A DNA stretch of 64,000 nt from the human T2T-CHM13v2.0 reference genome, Homo sapiens. The DNA lies in assembly GCF_009914755.1 (NCBI RefSeq), contig NC_060930.1. One strand, written 5' to 3'. This document shows, in pieces, positions 13,500 through 30,200 of this stretch (positions within the stretch are counted from its first letter, which is position 1; every line of letters starts with the position of its first letter). A model generated the notes under the pieces. The model was not told where the DNA came from. It did no database searches and saw only the letters and a list, made by a program, of their open reading frames with translations. The translations under genes and the position numbers were made by a program.

Positions 13500-13884
13500 T
13501 GTCTGAGTCCGTTTTTCACTGCTATAACCGGTTACTACAGACTGGATCACTTATAAAGAACAGGAGTTTACTTGGCTCACAGTTCTAGAGACTGCGAAGT
13601 CCAAGAGCATGGCATTGCATCTGGGAGAGTAAACCCATGGCAAAGGTATCACATTGTAAGGAAGCATGCACGAGAGACAGAGAGAAAATGAGGACCAAAC
13701 TTATCCTTTTATCAGTATCCCACTCCCGTGATAGCAAACCCACTCCCTCAAAACAGCATTAATCCATTTGTGAGACCATAGCCCTCATGACCTAATCACC
13801 TCTTCAAGGTCCCACCTTCCAGTTCTGTTACATTGCCAGTTAAATGTCAACATGAATTTTGGTGGGAAAGTTCACATCACAGCA
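13500..13884 (-). mobile_element. MaLR solo LTR (MST-like)
   Basis: TG...CA ends, 5-bp TSD CATAC (13495-13499 and 13885-13889), ggctcacagttct and cctcatgacctaatcacctc motifs. Confidence 0.88.
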
Positions 13885-14169
13885 CATACTTTTCCAAGGA
13901 CCACCCTTACCTCACCCCTCATCAGTTAGCTAACCTCCCACAGCCTTTAAGACTATCTTACCATCTGCTCTAGGAAGCCCAACTCCTGTCAAAGATAGTG
14001 TTGCCTTGTATTAATCTCTATTAATGCATTTCACACAATGGGATTTAATTGATTGTTTTTATATGTTTATTCCCTACTAGTTTGTGAGGGCAAGATACTT
14101 GTTTTCAAAGATCTGGAACAATAGAGTCCAATAAATGCTAATTAAATGAATGAACATTATCACTTGCAT

Positions 14170-14172
<3 letters not shown>

Positions 14173-14204
<32 letters not shown>

Positions 14205-14492
14205 GTGAGACAGGGCCTTTCTCTGTTGCCCAGGCTGGAGTGCAGTGGCACAATCATGGCTCACTGCAGCCTTGATTTCCTCAGCCCAAGCAATCATCCC
14301 TCCTCAGCCTCCTGAGTAGCTGGGACTACAAATGTGAGCCAACATGCCTGGCTAATTTTTAAATTTTGTTTTTGTAGAGACAAGGACTCACCATGTTGCC
14401 CAGTCATGTCTCGAACTCCTGGGCTCAAGTGATCCTGCTGCCTTGGCCTCCGAAATTGCTGGGATTACAGGTGTGAGCCACTGCACCCAGCT
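14173..14492 (-). mobile_element. AluJ (putative donor of the copy at 54.1-54.9 kb)
   Basis: Antisense dimer with AluJ features (ctcctgggctcaag, cactgcagcct). Confidence 0.92.
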
Positions 14493-14500
14493 GTGTCACC

Positions 14501-14639
14501 TTTTACCAGGGGCAGTTGGGACATTCTCTTTCCACTCCTATAACTCAAATGAGTTTCTTTTAGACATCACTTTTATTCTTGGTTTTTATATATTATACGT
14601 ACATTTAAGGAAAAGTTTTAAGTCTCCATAAAATCATCT
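14501..14639. repeat. About 140-bp segment repeated in inverted orientation at 54114-54570
   Basis: ttttaccaggggca...ctcctataactcaaatgagttt...catcacttttat...cttggtttttatat...ctccata.aatcatct matches the reverse complement of 54114-54141 plus 54453-54570. Confidence 0.9.
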
Positions 14640-15357
14640 TTCTCCTTTTTCTTTATCACATTCTTTTCTAGTCTTTGTTTATATGCATGCATATTTTATT
14701 TAGCTATAATCATAGTGGATATAGAAAATTGTTACCATATTTTTACCTAGCACAACCTAAACACATTAACTTATCAGAACTGTCCTAATTATCTTCTCGA
14801 TGTTTTTCAAGTACTCTACCTACTTAGCATATAGTATTTTTTTTAATTGTCCTCCTGTGGGATATTGCGCGTGGCCAGCCTTCACCTACTGCGGCTCATT
14901 CTTCAATGGCACTTGCTTCTATGTACTGGGCACTAAGCACTTTGTGTCAGATATATTTTTTTTTCTATTTTATAAATGAGGACCTGAAGCTTAGCTTTGT
15001 TTAGTCACTTCCTCCAGGTTAGCTAGTAAATATCAGAGGCAGGATTTCAAGTCAAGTGTGCCTAACTCAGAAGATCATATTCTTTACCTCTATAGTATAC
15101 CACCATGACAACACACACATTTTTCTTCTTTTGGTTAAATTTCTAAGATGAAGTCCCAGAAGAAGAGGGTTTTGTGACTAATTACATGCACTACTGAATG
15201 TACCAATACTCGTCACCACTTTGCTAATGCCTTGAAAATGTTTTGAAAATTTTACAATTTTGATGAACATCAATTTTAATTTTTGTACCTTACATATGAA
15301 GTTTAAGGTCTTTCAAAGTGTTTATCTATCTTATCATTTACATTTATTATTGTGTAA

Positions 15358-15681
<324 letters not shown>

Positions 15682-15684
15682 ACC

Positions 15685-16635
<951 letters not shown>

Positions 16636-17047
16636 TTCAATAAAAAAGCTAAAAAGAAAAATTATTCACTCCAACTTCTCCATCTGTTGTCCAAGAGAAA
16701 ACTCTAGATCTCCCTCCAAAACAACAGATTTTAGTCTCTCCCAGTCCCATACTAATTTTGAAATGTATTTCTCTTTATTCAGGTTACCCAGGAATGAAAT
16801 TGATTCTAGCTTTGGTTTCTGAAAAGGGCTTCATGAACACTGTCACAGGTAAGCCTGGCCTATGTGATATGACTGGCATACACTATAATAGTTTGCATTT
16901 GTTGAGACAACCTTTGCCATTATTCTGTTTTTTTTTTTCACCTGGATCTGTTTGGACACCTTTCCTTATTATAACAATACGTCATATAATTTAGTATTCT
17001 TTTTAACAGTAAAAAGTATATTTTATCAAGCCTTTGATACTTGATAC

Positions 17048-17327
17048 TTGAGATGAAGGCTCACTGCAGTCTCAAACTCCTGAGTTCAAGCAATCCTCCC
17101 ACCTCAGCCTCCCGAGTAGTTGGGACAACAGGCACACGCCACCACGCCCAGCTAACCATACCTGGCTAATTCTTCTAGTTTTTTTGGTTTTTTTGTTTTT
17201 ATTTTTTTGTAGAGACAAGATCTTGCTATTTTGCCCAGGCTGTTCTCAAACCCCTGGGCTCAATCGATCCCCCCACCTCTGCCTCCCAAAGTGCTAGAAT
17301 TACAGGCATGAGTCACTACACCTGGCC
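17048..17327 (-). mobile_element. AluJ, partial
   Basis: Antisense Alu with an extended linker. Confidence 0.85.
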
Positions 17328-17427
17328 TGAATTTCCTTCTTTCTTGGGACAATTGTTACATTGTTTTCTTAGAACCCAGCATCTAGGAAATGGGAAGATG
17401 TTTGTCTAAATGCATAAACTCAGTTAA

Positions 17428-17660
17428 AAAATGAATAAGTTCTGAAGACCTGACGTACAGCATGGTGACTACAGTTAATAATGCATTCTATACTTGAAAT
17501 TTGCTGAGAGTAGACCTTAAGCGTTCTCACCACAAAAATAGGAATTATGTGAGATGATGGATATATTAACTAACTTGGTTGTGGTAAGCATTTTACAATG
17601 TATTCATATATCAAATTCTTTTTTGTCAATTATGCCTCAATAAAGCTGAAAAACAACACA
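17428..17660 (+). mobile_element. L1MA 3' end
   Basis: gaataagttctgaagacctgacgtacagcatggtgactacagttaataa...ttctcaccac...cctcaataaagctg. Confidence 0.85.
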
Positions 17661-18234
17661 AAAACCCAGCAGTCAGCTTAAATCCCAAAGAATTAAATCC
17701 CAAAGAATGAGAGTCTCTGCAGTTTATTGTATACTCACCCTGTTCCGGGAAGAACAAATAGAAACATATGCTAAGTATATTGCATACGTATTTCATTTGT
17801 TTTTGTGTTTCACAAAGCTATGCTTTGATATAGCATCACTGATTTATGGAAGAGGAAACTGAGGCTCAGAGAGGTTGAGAACTTCCTTCAAGGAGAAGCA
17901 GAACTGGACCTAACTCCAGGGCAGTTAGGCCCTAACCCTAAGAAGTTCTCAGAGAGGCTGAGAATTCCTACAATGGTAAGTAGACCTGGACCTAACACCG
18001 GGGAAGTTAGACTGTAAAGCCTGTTACCTCGGGCACCATGTTCCCTTCCCTGCTCCACCTTCTCACTAAGTAGATTCAGGGGTTTGTCTCCCTTGCATTT
18101 TCTTTTTTGTCCAGATGCACAAGTCACTTTAGCAAGCAATCTTGATAATTTCCTCTCTTATTTCATCCCCCAAAACATGACATTCCAAGGATCCTCCAGA
18201 ACTAAAACTGACAACTTCAGAAAATACCTGTGAT

Positions 18235-18735
<501 letters not shown>

Positions 18736-18972
18736 CTAGAGAAGGCTTGTCTCTGGAAAAGGCTGAGGTGGCTCAGTGGTGAGATGTCACTCTTTCCTGG
18801 GGAGTCCACGTAGCTGGAGGTACAGGGCAACCCCTCTTCCAGCTGCATTTAACTGTGAGGGACGGAGGAGGCTGGTGGGGAGAAGAGTCAATGGTTAACT
18901 TCTACAAACGATTTCACCCAGTGCCCAGGAAGGAGCAGGTGTTTCCTGCAAGCAGTTAGTTTGCACAAGCCT

Positions 18973-20560
18973 CATTCATTCATTCATTCATTCATTCCAC
19001 ACACATGTGCCTGCTGGGAGGCAGGCCCTCTTCCGGGAGCCTGGCATTCTTCAGGGAACCCAACAAAGATTCTGGGCATTACGGACTTTCCTTTCTAGTG
19101 AGAAGAGACTGAAAACAAAGGACAATTATAATGAAGAAATTGCCTAATAAGTTAGACATTGTTATTTATGGAAGAATGAAAAAGAGTTGGGAAGGAGTAT
19201 CAGAGTCCTGGGAGGTGAGCAGTTTGGAAGGTGAATAGGTCAGTGATGAGGTCAGCGCCGGCCTCACTGAGGTGAGGTTTGAGCAGCGATTTGGGGGCAG
19301 ACAGGAGCTATCTCCATGATGCACACCGGAGCCAAGAGCATTCCGGGAGGAAGGAAGGAGCCAGGGCCACAGCTCCGCAGCAGGAGCATGCTGGCTGGTG
19401 GGAGCACCCAGGAGGCTGCGGGAGAGGGAGTGGTCTGGAGGAAGAGTGGAAGAGTTAAGGTTCCAGAGACCACAGAGTCACAGGGGCTTTGCAGGATGGG
19501 GCAAGGACCTTGGGCTTTTACACTGAGTAACATGGGGACCTGCTGCAGGGCGATGGGCTGAAAAGTGACATGGCATGAGAAAGTTTTCAAAGAGTCATTC
19601 TGGCTGGCATGTTGAGAAAAAAACCATGTGAGGCACAGGACAATGCAGGGAAAGGAATGGGAGGTGGTTGCAGTGACCAGCAAGAGGCACTATTAGTGTA
19701 GCCCAGGAGGACCAAGGACCTCCTGGCAGACTGGATATGGGGTGTGAGAAGAACAGAGTCAAGGCTGAGTGCAAGGCTTGTGGGTGAGCAGCTGGGGGGA
19801 CGAGACTACCTGTGAGAACGGCAAGGAATTGGGGGAACAATGAGTGTTGTTTTTGACATGTTCAGGTTGAGACACCTATTCATTACCCAAGTGGCGATGT
19901 GCTGGAGGCAGCAGGAGTCTGCAGTTCAGGAGAGAGACCTAGGCTAGAGATAAACATTTTCAGAAGAGTCACCATAGATGGTATCACCTTGAAACTGAAA
20001 TCATGGCAGGATTACCTGATGAAACCCAGCATGCCCAGAGACATTTGGACTCAGACAAATAGTCAATACTCTTTAGCATAAGTATGTCTTGTGCAATTTT
20101 TACTTATTAACTAAGTAAATATTTGGGGCCATGCAATATTTGGGACATGCTTATGCCATAAAACTCTTTGTCGTTGATCTGAAATTCGATGTCACTATGA
20201 ATAGGAGGGCTGGATTTTTATTTCGGATGCTGGCAGTGCTGCCTTGGGACAGAGAGCAGGCAGGGCAGGGGTCTGAGGATGGAAACCCGGGCTCTGCAGC
20301 ACTCAGAGGAGGGAGAAGAGAAGGAACAAATGAAGGAGTCTGAGTGATGAATGAGGCAGAGAAAATGATCCTAGAGTAGGGCATCTTGGATCCCTGGGTT
20401 GGGGGTAAAGAGCGTTACAGAGGAGGCAGTGATCTGCAGGCCTCCAGTCAGACAAGGACTGGAGTTAACTGTCCGATTTGGCAATGGGGAAACCATTGGC
20501 CACCCTGACAAGGCAGTTGCCTCCCAATAGCCTGAGCATTTTGGGAGCTCTGTGTTTGCT
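18973..20560 (-). mobile_element. L2 (3' end and body), interrupted by MER53
   Basis: (CATT)n L2 terminus followed by typical antisense L2 sequence (gagcagctgg...ttttgacatgttcaggttgagac...cagttcaggagagagac). Confidence 0.75.
20007..20240. mobile_element. MER53 palindromic hAT MITE
   Basis: ttagcataagtatgtc ... gggacatgcttatgcc and tcagacaaat ... gttgatctgaaattc inverted arms. Confidence 0.75.
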
Positions 20561-20655
20561 GCAGCAGGGGCCCACAATACTCTGAATTAGTTCATCCACA
20601 CTCAATTGGTAAAAGCATTCAAGGTGAGTTTCACCTTTGTGCTCACTGTAGAATC

Positions 20656-21319
<664 letters not shown>

Positions 21320-21406
21320 TAGCATCCTTCAGAAAAGGGCAGCCTTGCATATGGGTGAGGAATTGAGTAGATAAATGGTAAAGTGCACTGATAAAAATAG
21401 GGAACT

Positions 21407-21679
21407 GGCCGTGCGAGGTGGCTCACACCTGTAATTTCAGCCCTTTGGGAGGCCAAGGTGGATGCATCACTTGAGGTCAGGAGTTCAAGGCCAGCCTGGC
21501 CAACATGGTGAAACTGCGTCTCTACTAAAAGTACAAAAATTAGCTGGGCATAATGGCACATGCCTGTAATCCCAGCTACTCAGGAGGCTGAGGCAGGAGA
21601 ATCACTTGAAGTTGCAGTGACCCGAGATTGCACCATTACACTCCAGCCTGGGTGACACAGCAAGACTACAAAAAAAAAA
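21407..21679 (+). mobile_element. AluS
   Basis: Dimer with a short right-arm deletion. Confidence 0.9.
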
Positions 21680-21895
21680 TTAGGAAACTGACTGACGATA
21701 AAACTGGAGGAGTTTCCCACAGGGAGCAGCAGAAGTGAGGCCCATCTGGAAACTGGAGTTTGCAAGAGCAGGAGGAGCTGGAGGTGCCCAACACCTACAA
21801 CACACCAGAGCCACCTTCCAAAGCTCAAATCCCACATCTATTTTTCTGGAAAAAGTAAGCATTGTTGGTACCACTTGAATCTTCTACTTCTTTTA

Positions 21896-22255
<360 letters not shown>

Positions 22256-22524
22256 TTATCTACTTGCCTTTAAAAAAAACGTTTACTCTCACAACGTTGT
22301 GACTACTATAGAATCCATGTACTTAATTAAGTCTAAATTCATTTGGTTATCATGAGTTATCCCCCTAAAAAACTCAATGACATAACTTTGAAAAATAATT
22401 TGCATAGAGCTCTATAAGCAAATTATTACACGACTATTTATGAAAGCGTTTTGTGTATTGCACATTTAATCAGAAAGGGGTGTCTGGTTAACCGTGCTGC
22501 TGGTTCTTTAAAAAAATAATGTTT

Positions 22525-22660
22525 GGTCAAACACAGTGGCTCTCACCTGTAGTCCCAGCACTTTCGGTGGCCAAGGCAGGAGCATCGCTTGAGCCCAGGA
22601 GTTTGACACCAGCCTGAGCAACATACTGAGAGTCTGTCTCTACAAAATAAAATGTAATTA
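22525..22660 (+). mobile_element. Alu left monomer (FLAM-like)
   Basis: Single left arm. Confidence 0.8.
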
Positions 22661-22884
22661 AAAATAATTATTATTGACTTAAATGGAAAATATTACATAT
22701 TTATAAATTGTTTGTGAAAACTTACTTATTCTGGTACTGAAGCTAATGTGTCTAATGTATGCTTTCCAATGTTCTGTGATTTTTTTTGAAATAAGTATTG
22801 TTTACTCTTTGTTATCTGCCTAATAGTAAAGTGGTGAGGCCCTATTCCACACATTCAGTGACTCAAACTTTTCGTTTCTATTAA

Positions 22885-23030
22885 AGCAGTGGCTATAAAA
22901 CTTCAGAATACACTAGAATGTCCTGGAGGGTTTGTTAAATCACAGAGTTTCTGACTCTGTAAGTTGGCAGAGGGAATTCTGAGAATTTACCTTTCTAAGT
23001 TTCCAGGTGATGTACCTGGAGAATGACTGT
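22885..23030. mobile_element. MER5-like MITE
   Basis: cagtgg...cctggagggtttgttaaa...cagagtttctgactc...ttccaggtgatg. Confidence 0.6.
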
Positions 23031-23065
23031 ATTAGAGCATATTTATTAAAAAGTTCCCCACACAG

Positions 23066-23361
23066 GGCCAGGTGCCGTAGCTCAAGCCTGTCATCACAGT
23101 ACTTTGGGAGGCCAAGGCAGGAAGATCACTTGAGCCCAAGAGTTTGAGACCAGCCTGGGCAGCATAGGGACACCCCCATCTCTACAAAAACAAAAATAAA
23201 AAACTAGCCGGGCATGATGTTGCACACCTGTGGTCCCACCTACACAGGAGGCTGAGGCAGGAGGATCACTTGAACCAGGAGGTCGAGGCTACAGTGAGGC
23301 ATGATTATGCCACTGACCTCCAGCCTGGGTGACAGTGAGAACCTGTCTCAAAAAAAAAAAA
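23066..23361 (+). mobile_element. AluJ
   Basis: Dimer; aaagttccccacacag on both flanks. Confidence 0.92.
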
Positions 23362-24237
23362 ATTCCACACCCACAAATAAAGTTCCCCACACAGAACCAT
23401 GCAGGGGCCATGAGGAACATCTGTCCCCATTTCCTGCTTTACGGATGAGAAAACCATGATGCAGATAACCAGGATGAATAAATGTCAGCATCGCTCCAGG
23501 GTCCATGTCCAATCTCCCAGAATTCCAGAGGAGCTCATTGCCATTTCCATCCACTGACATTTCCCTCATATCTGTTCCAGGCAGAGAGGAACTAATTTTT
23601 CTTTTTAAATCTCTCTTAGTCAAAAGGGAACCTATTTTTAAATATGTTTAAATTATGCAAGTTTGTTCTTTTTTTTGATAATAGGCAGAAAGGAGTTTGA
23701 ATCAGGGCTAGAAGAAAGAAATAGCCTTTGTAAATATCAAGGACTTTCACGTTTCTGGCTATCCTTCTTTGAACTGGAACCTCAGCCTTGCTTCTCCATC
23801 TGAATTAGATAAGCCACACCTTTGATGCCCATGGTCCTTTGGGAAGTTCCTCCCCACAGACCCCTGGGGAGGTGCCGTGAAAAAATCCTAGCCGCTCTCA
23901 CACACGGCTGCTAATGTCTTGGCCTGTATGACTTTGTCCCTCTGATTAGAGGAAGGGGCTCACTCCTGTCACCAGGGAAGGCATTTGGCTGCTCCCTGAG
24001 CCCTCCCAGGACCACCAGAACTCTACAAACCTGCCCCAATCCCCACTGCCTGGCCCCCACCCAGGCACCCCTACTCAGGTCCTGGTGGCTTGGGGAACCC
24101 TGGGAGGTCCCCATGGACATGGGGCACTCATTTCCCCCATGCTGGGATATCCACCTATCTGGGGGGTTCTGCTGCCCCCAGTCAAGGTTCCACACAGGAG
24201 GCTGATGCAACAGGCAGTAGGTCTCCTTTGACACCCT

Positions 24238-24958
24238 CGAAAGAGCCTTTGCGAAAATTATAACTAAGGAAATTATGACAGTGAAAGAGATCAGACCTAA
24301 TTGACTCCATCTTGTTTGCAACCGTTAAGCTGTCCCTGTTCATTCTTGGGCATAGGCCGAACTAACTTTGGGAAGGAATTCAGTTCATGGCTTGACTCTG
24401 AAACAAAACAGATAACGGCCCTTTCCTGAAAAGACCACCTTTTATCTGGGGACCAGTGTGTCTTTGCAGGACTAACAAATGAGTTACAATATTAGAAATT
24501 ATGGTTTAGGGGTCATGTAACCTCTGGCTCCAAGAGCCTGAACCTCCCCAAATTGTTCTTGGGGATAACATCATTATTGCAAAACCTAAGATCACTGCTT
24601 GAGATATTTTGTGGACCCTACACTGGATGGATCAACTAACATCACCCAGTCCTGTAATCTGAACCAGCTCTGCCATCGCACCCAGGAACAGAAGACAGTA
24701 AGGAAACCTCACTTCGACCTCTCGTGATTCCATCTGCAACCTGACCAGTCAGCACTCCCCACTTCCTAAGCTCCTACCCACCAAATTGTCTTTAAAAACT
24801 CTGATCCTGGAATGCTCAGGGAGACTGATTTGCATATCAATAAAACTCTGGTCTCCTGCACAGCAGGCTCTGCGTGAATGACTTTCTCCATTACAATTCT
24901 CCTGTCTTGATAAATCGGTTCTGGGCAGTGGGCAAGGTGAACCCATTTGGCAGTTACA
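24238..24958 (+). mobile_element. 5' LTR (LTR8A-like)
   Basis: gacagtgaaagagatcagacctaattgactccatcttg...ggcaaggtgaacccatttggcagttaca. Confidence 0.88.
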
Positions 24959-26748
24959 ATTTTGGGGGCTCATTTGGGATTGCCCGTGGCTGCCCATGGT
25001 TTGGTAGCCCCCCTCTGGCAATGGATCCAGAGGCCAGCCCAAGCAGGTACCTAGTTCTCTTGAACTGGGGGCTGACTCTGGAACCGGCCTCTACCAGCGG
25101 AGCACTGCTGACCCAATGAACATGGATTTAACTGTAATGGAAAAATAATTCTGGGGAAACATCCCATAACTGTAGCCCTATCACAGGGTGTCTGTCTGTA
25201 GCCGCATGGTGGGGTGTCTGATTTGGTGAGTATCCTCGGTGCTGCCAACAGCCTCTTCCTTCTCCTGATTTATTGGCGTCTCTGGAGGTGCTGCTGTCTC
25301 TTGGTAGCCTCTCAGGGTGTCTGTCTGTAGCCCTATTATGGGGTGTCTAATTGGACAGAGAATAGGATACTTGTTTGAAGGAATACTCTTGGTTTGAGAC
25401 TGGGTCTAGAATCTGTGTCGTGAAGGTCTTCTGTTCATCTTACTCTGTGCGTATGTGTGTTTATACGTGCAGAGGAATTGCTGATGGACGTCCAGCAGGC
25501 CTAACTCAGGGAGGCTGTCTGTTCTTCTGTGCTGCCTAAAGACGTCACTGGGTCCCTGGCCAAAGGTTATCTCTCCTCCCTGTGAGAGAACTGCAGACAA
25601 GGACCAAGAGGAGAAAGTTTGAGCCTTGCCAGGTCGATACTGGGTGCCGAATGAGGTGAATAGTGTCTGTTTTGTTATGTGTATTTTGCCTGTTTTGTGT
25701 ACTTTGTGTAGTTATTTTAATGTATTTATTATGTATATTTTGTTAGTGTATTTTGTTACATGTCTTTTACTGGGATGGAAAATGTTAATTTGATTCCCCA
25801 TAGCCTGCTGGGCAGCATCTTCCAAAATTAAGAATCTTTTGCCTATGGTTCCATAAAACAGAAAAGGGTGAATTTTTTTTTTTTTTTTTTGGTTAAGTGG
25901 CTCGATCCCCAGAGCTAAGACACAGGGAACAAGGTAATCAAAAGCCGCTTTGTTCTTCTGGAAGCTGCAGAGAAAGGGAACCTGGAAACCTAGTGTGCTT
26001 GCAAAAAGGGTAAGAATGTTTTACTAGCCAAGTTTCTGGTAACCTTCTCTCTCTCTCTGCGTGTGTATGTGTGTGTATTTGAGTGCAAATGGTAAACATC
26101 ACTGTTTGTCTCCTCTGAAAAGATTTGATTAATAGAAAAAAAGGATCTGTGGGACTAGTCTTGGAGTATAACAAACCTGGTATACTTTGTGCTAAGAATT
26201 TGCCTTTCTGTATTGTTCTGTAATGGAGAGAGGGTTATCACAAGATAAAATGTGAGCGTAGAACCCCTATAAGCCTGCTTTTCAAGCCAGCCTGGCAGGC
26301 TGGTCAGTTACAAACTTTACTGAGGGTCCCTGAAACCAAAACCAGATGAAGTTTCTCTTTATGTCCTTGAGAGCTTAACCTTGTGACCATGTGGGGATAC
26401 CTTAGTCTCTGCCATCCAGAGGACTGGAATTTTGGGTTCATGTCATAGTTAGCCCTAAAAATCATCTTGAACAGTTAAAAGCCTTTGCAAGCTTGAAATG
26501 GACTCCTCTAGACTCCTTCTGGAGTGAACAATGAAACCCACTCAATTCTGTAGCTCAGTAGCCAAAGCTTTGTCTACTGACAGTGCTCAGATTCAAATCT
26601 TGGCTTAGAGAATGACTCCTTTCTGGTTTCTCATTTGTGTAACTTTTTGCCATTTATTGATTATTTTCCCACCATGGATAGCTTTTGATTTCCTGTCTTG
26701 AATTTTCCTTTGTCTGAACTACCTGTGGGAAGATTCTCAAACTTATTT

Positions 26749-26780
<32 letters not shown>

Positions 26781-26856
26781 CTGCTTACTATCTCTTTGGG
26801 AGACCTTATGTGTCCCTGGTTAGGTAATAACCTAATATTTAAAATTTACTAATTTT

Positions 26857-27241
<385 letters not shown>

Positions 27242-30200
27242 TCATAAGAAATTTAAAAAAAAAATTAAAAGAGCTCTATGGTTAAAATCAGCTTAATTAA
27301 AAACAGATATCCAAGCACTCTCTCTCTATATTTTTTTAAAGGGCTTTATTTTTTTTTCTCAGATCTTGGTTGTTTTTAAGAAAAAATTTTTATTTGTTTG
27401 TTTTTCTTCTCAGTCAACTGAATTATTTCTCCATTTTGCCCTCTTGCTAACCTTGATGCCCACACAAGAAAACCTAAGATAATTTCTAACAACTTCCATT
27501 ATGGAAAAAACAAAATACAAACAAAAAAACCCTCTGTTTTCCTCATGGAACCCTGGAAGTTGGAAGCAGATAAATTTCTCTCAAAATCTAAGGCTTTGGT
27601 TGGTTTGACATTATGTTACCTAACATTTTTTTTTCTGTGACTTTTGGGAGCATCAGCAATTTCTTTACATTATGGGAGAAGTTTTAGCCTTGGTGTGTAA
27701 TGGCATTTCCCTCTTTTTTAGGATCTGGGATACAATATAAACATGGGACCCTTAACTGTAGGGATTTGTTTTTTCCCTTCCAGCTGTGCCTACTTATTAT
27801 CCCCTAAAAACTACAGGCTCTCCTGACCCCGTCTGTTGAAGGGCTCCACCCTGAAACCAGTAATCCAATTAAGAAACTTTAAGGAATTGGCAAGTGAAAA
27901 AAATCTTACAACTACTGGATCTTCTGTCTGTATTTATATGTGTTGTGTATGTATTGTTTATATAAAAGAGCTCTAATTAATTGGCTTAAAGAAATAAACA
28001 CTTAAATATTTTGTCAGGAAAATTAAAACTAATGCCTTTTAGTTCACATGACTTTAACAATCTTTCAGAAATAAAGACAGTTTTAAAGGTTATTGGTAAA
28101 ATATAAACGTCTTCAAAATTTAGACATTTGGTCTAAATTAGGTCAGATATTAAGTTTACTAAATGCTTTAAGGTCATAAACTGTTTCTTTGACTTTTGAA
28201 AATTATTTAATTTATCTACCTTGAAGCCATTAAATTCTAGATAAGGCCTAGAGAAATGTAGAATTAACCATGCCCCCTAAATATACACAAAAAAAAGGGT
28301 TATAAAGAAAAGAGATTTTATATAAGAAAAGATCTTGTCTGGTAAATTCTTGTCCTAAAGTAAATTAACTGGCTATTTAAAAATAGAGATGTTTAGGGCA
28401 AGACAGAAAGTCCAAACATATCATAGATTGTCTGTGTAAGTTGTAAAAAGATTCGTGAAAGGGAATTTATACAAGAAATGTTGTACAATTCAAAGGTTGT
28501 TAGGCCTCCTAAATGCTTCATAAAATACTTGATAAAATGCCACTATGACTCTTACTGTACAACTTGCCTACTTTACAACTAAATAAGGCCTGGGACATGT
28601 GAAATGAACTGTGCCCCCTAACTATACTGGAAAGAGTCAGACCTTCTGGTGTCCCACATCCATACCTGGTATATAATTATCACTTACTAACCAGGTTTTT
28701 TAACAAAAATAAAGTTACTAAGAGTTAACAGTGTTAACACGTATTTGAGACTACTGAATAAAGACTTCTACACACAAGGTGTGTAAGGAAAGTAGAATGT
28801 ACTTTTGGTATAAAAAAATTATAAAAAGATCTGGGAATGTGGATTTCTTGCCTCAGTTTAGAGGCTTAAAGGATTGTTTTAAGCAGGATAGGAAAGATCT
28901 AAAGGTTTGAACAAGTTGTGGAAGGTTTATAAAAAATTAGTTGTAAAAGATTCTGTGTGTGAACATATTGACTAAAGTTAAAGTGACATTACTCAGTTCT
29001 CCCATAAATTGGACATTGGAATAAAAGCACAACAGAGTTTTCTGAGAACATTGTTCTGCAATAAAAAAATATAAAGGGTTATAAAAGGCTTATACAAATC
29101 TTACAGTCAAACTAATTAAAACTGGATACATTTATAGAATTTTATCAAAAACTAGCTTTAGCATTAAAGATGCACTAATACATCCATGAAATTTGTTTTT
29201 TTCTTTTGAAAAAGAGTTTTACATAATATTGAGAGACACTGAAAGATTTTTGTTTGCCTTTTAAGAAAACTACAAAAATAAGGGGAGGGGAGGGAAGAGA
29301 GAAGAGGAGAGAAAACTGGCCTCAAACTATATTCACTGGGACTTGTTTAGAAAGCCAAGTCTCCTCTTCATCAGAATAAAGGTTTTTTTTTCCTTTTTAA
29401 AATTTTTGAGTTATCACTTTGGCTAAATAAATGACTTACGGTAACCTAGAATTCTATTTTGTAATCTCCAGTGTTTTAAATCTTTGATATTTAACCAACC
29501 TCCCAAAATCAAACTTAAGTAAAAAACAAGAAAAAAAAATTAGGTCCCCTGAAGTCCAAAAAAGACATATTTGACTTACTTAATGTATTAAAATCATACA
29601 GGAAACGTAAAATATAAAATGGTGTTTAATTTTCTTTGGTTTATTTGCATATAAATTTGTTATTAGTATGTGTATACATAATTACATAAGATTTCTATAA
29701 TTCTGATATGCCTCAGTATATGTCATCAGTAATAACTATAATTGTTATGTTAAATTATTGTGTGTCACAGAGGTAACAAATTTCTCTGTTAATTGTGTCT
29801 TTGACTGTGGCTTCCCTAAAACTTTGTTGTCATCCACAGAAAATTGTTGTCTGGATTTGGTCCTCTTTAAAAGTTGGTTTTATGATCAACTATAAAACTC
29901 TGACAAGTGCTCTTAAGTACAAATTTCTGATAACTTTAAAGATTATTACATTAGAGTAAAGGAAAAAAGCCTTTCAAGGCTCTCATAGAGAACTAAAATA
30001 TTAATGAATATCAAACAGAATAAGAATTACCTAAATGGACTGAACTAATAGAAAACTGAAGTAATCTTTTTTAACTTTTTTTGCTTAAAACAATGCTGAT
30101 CCTTTTCATTTTTCAGATCCAAGGAAACCTTTCTTTTGAACTATTTCCAACTTCTAACAATTGAATAAAATATACTCCTGTGAAAAAAATTTAGAACATA

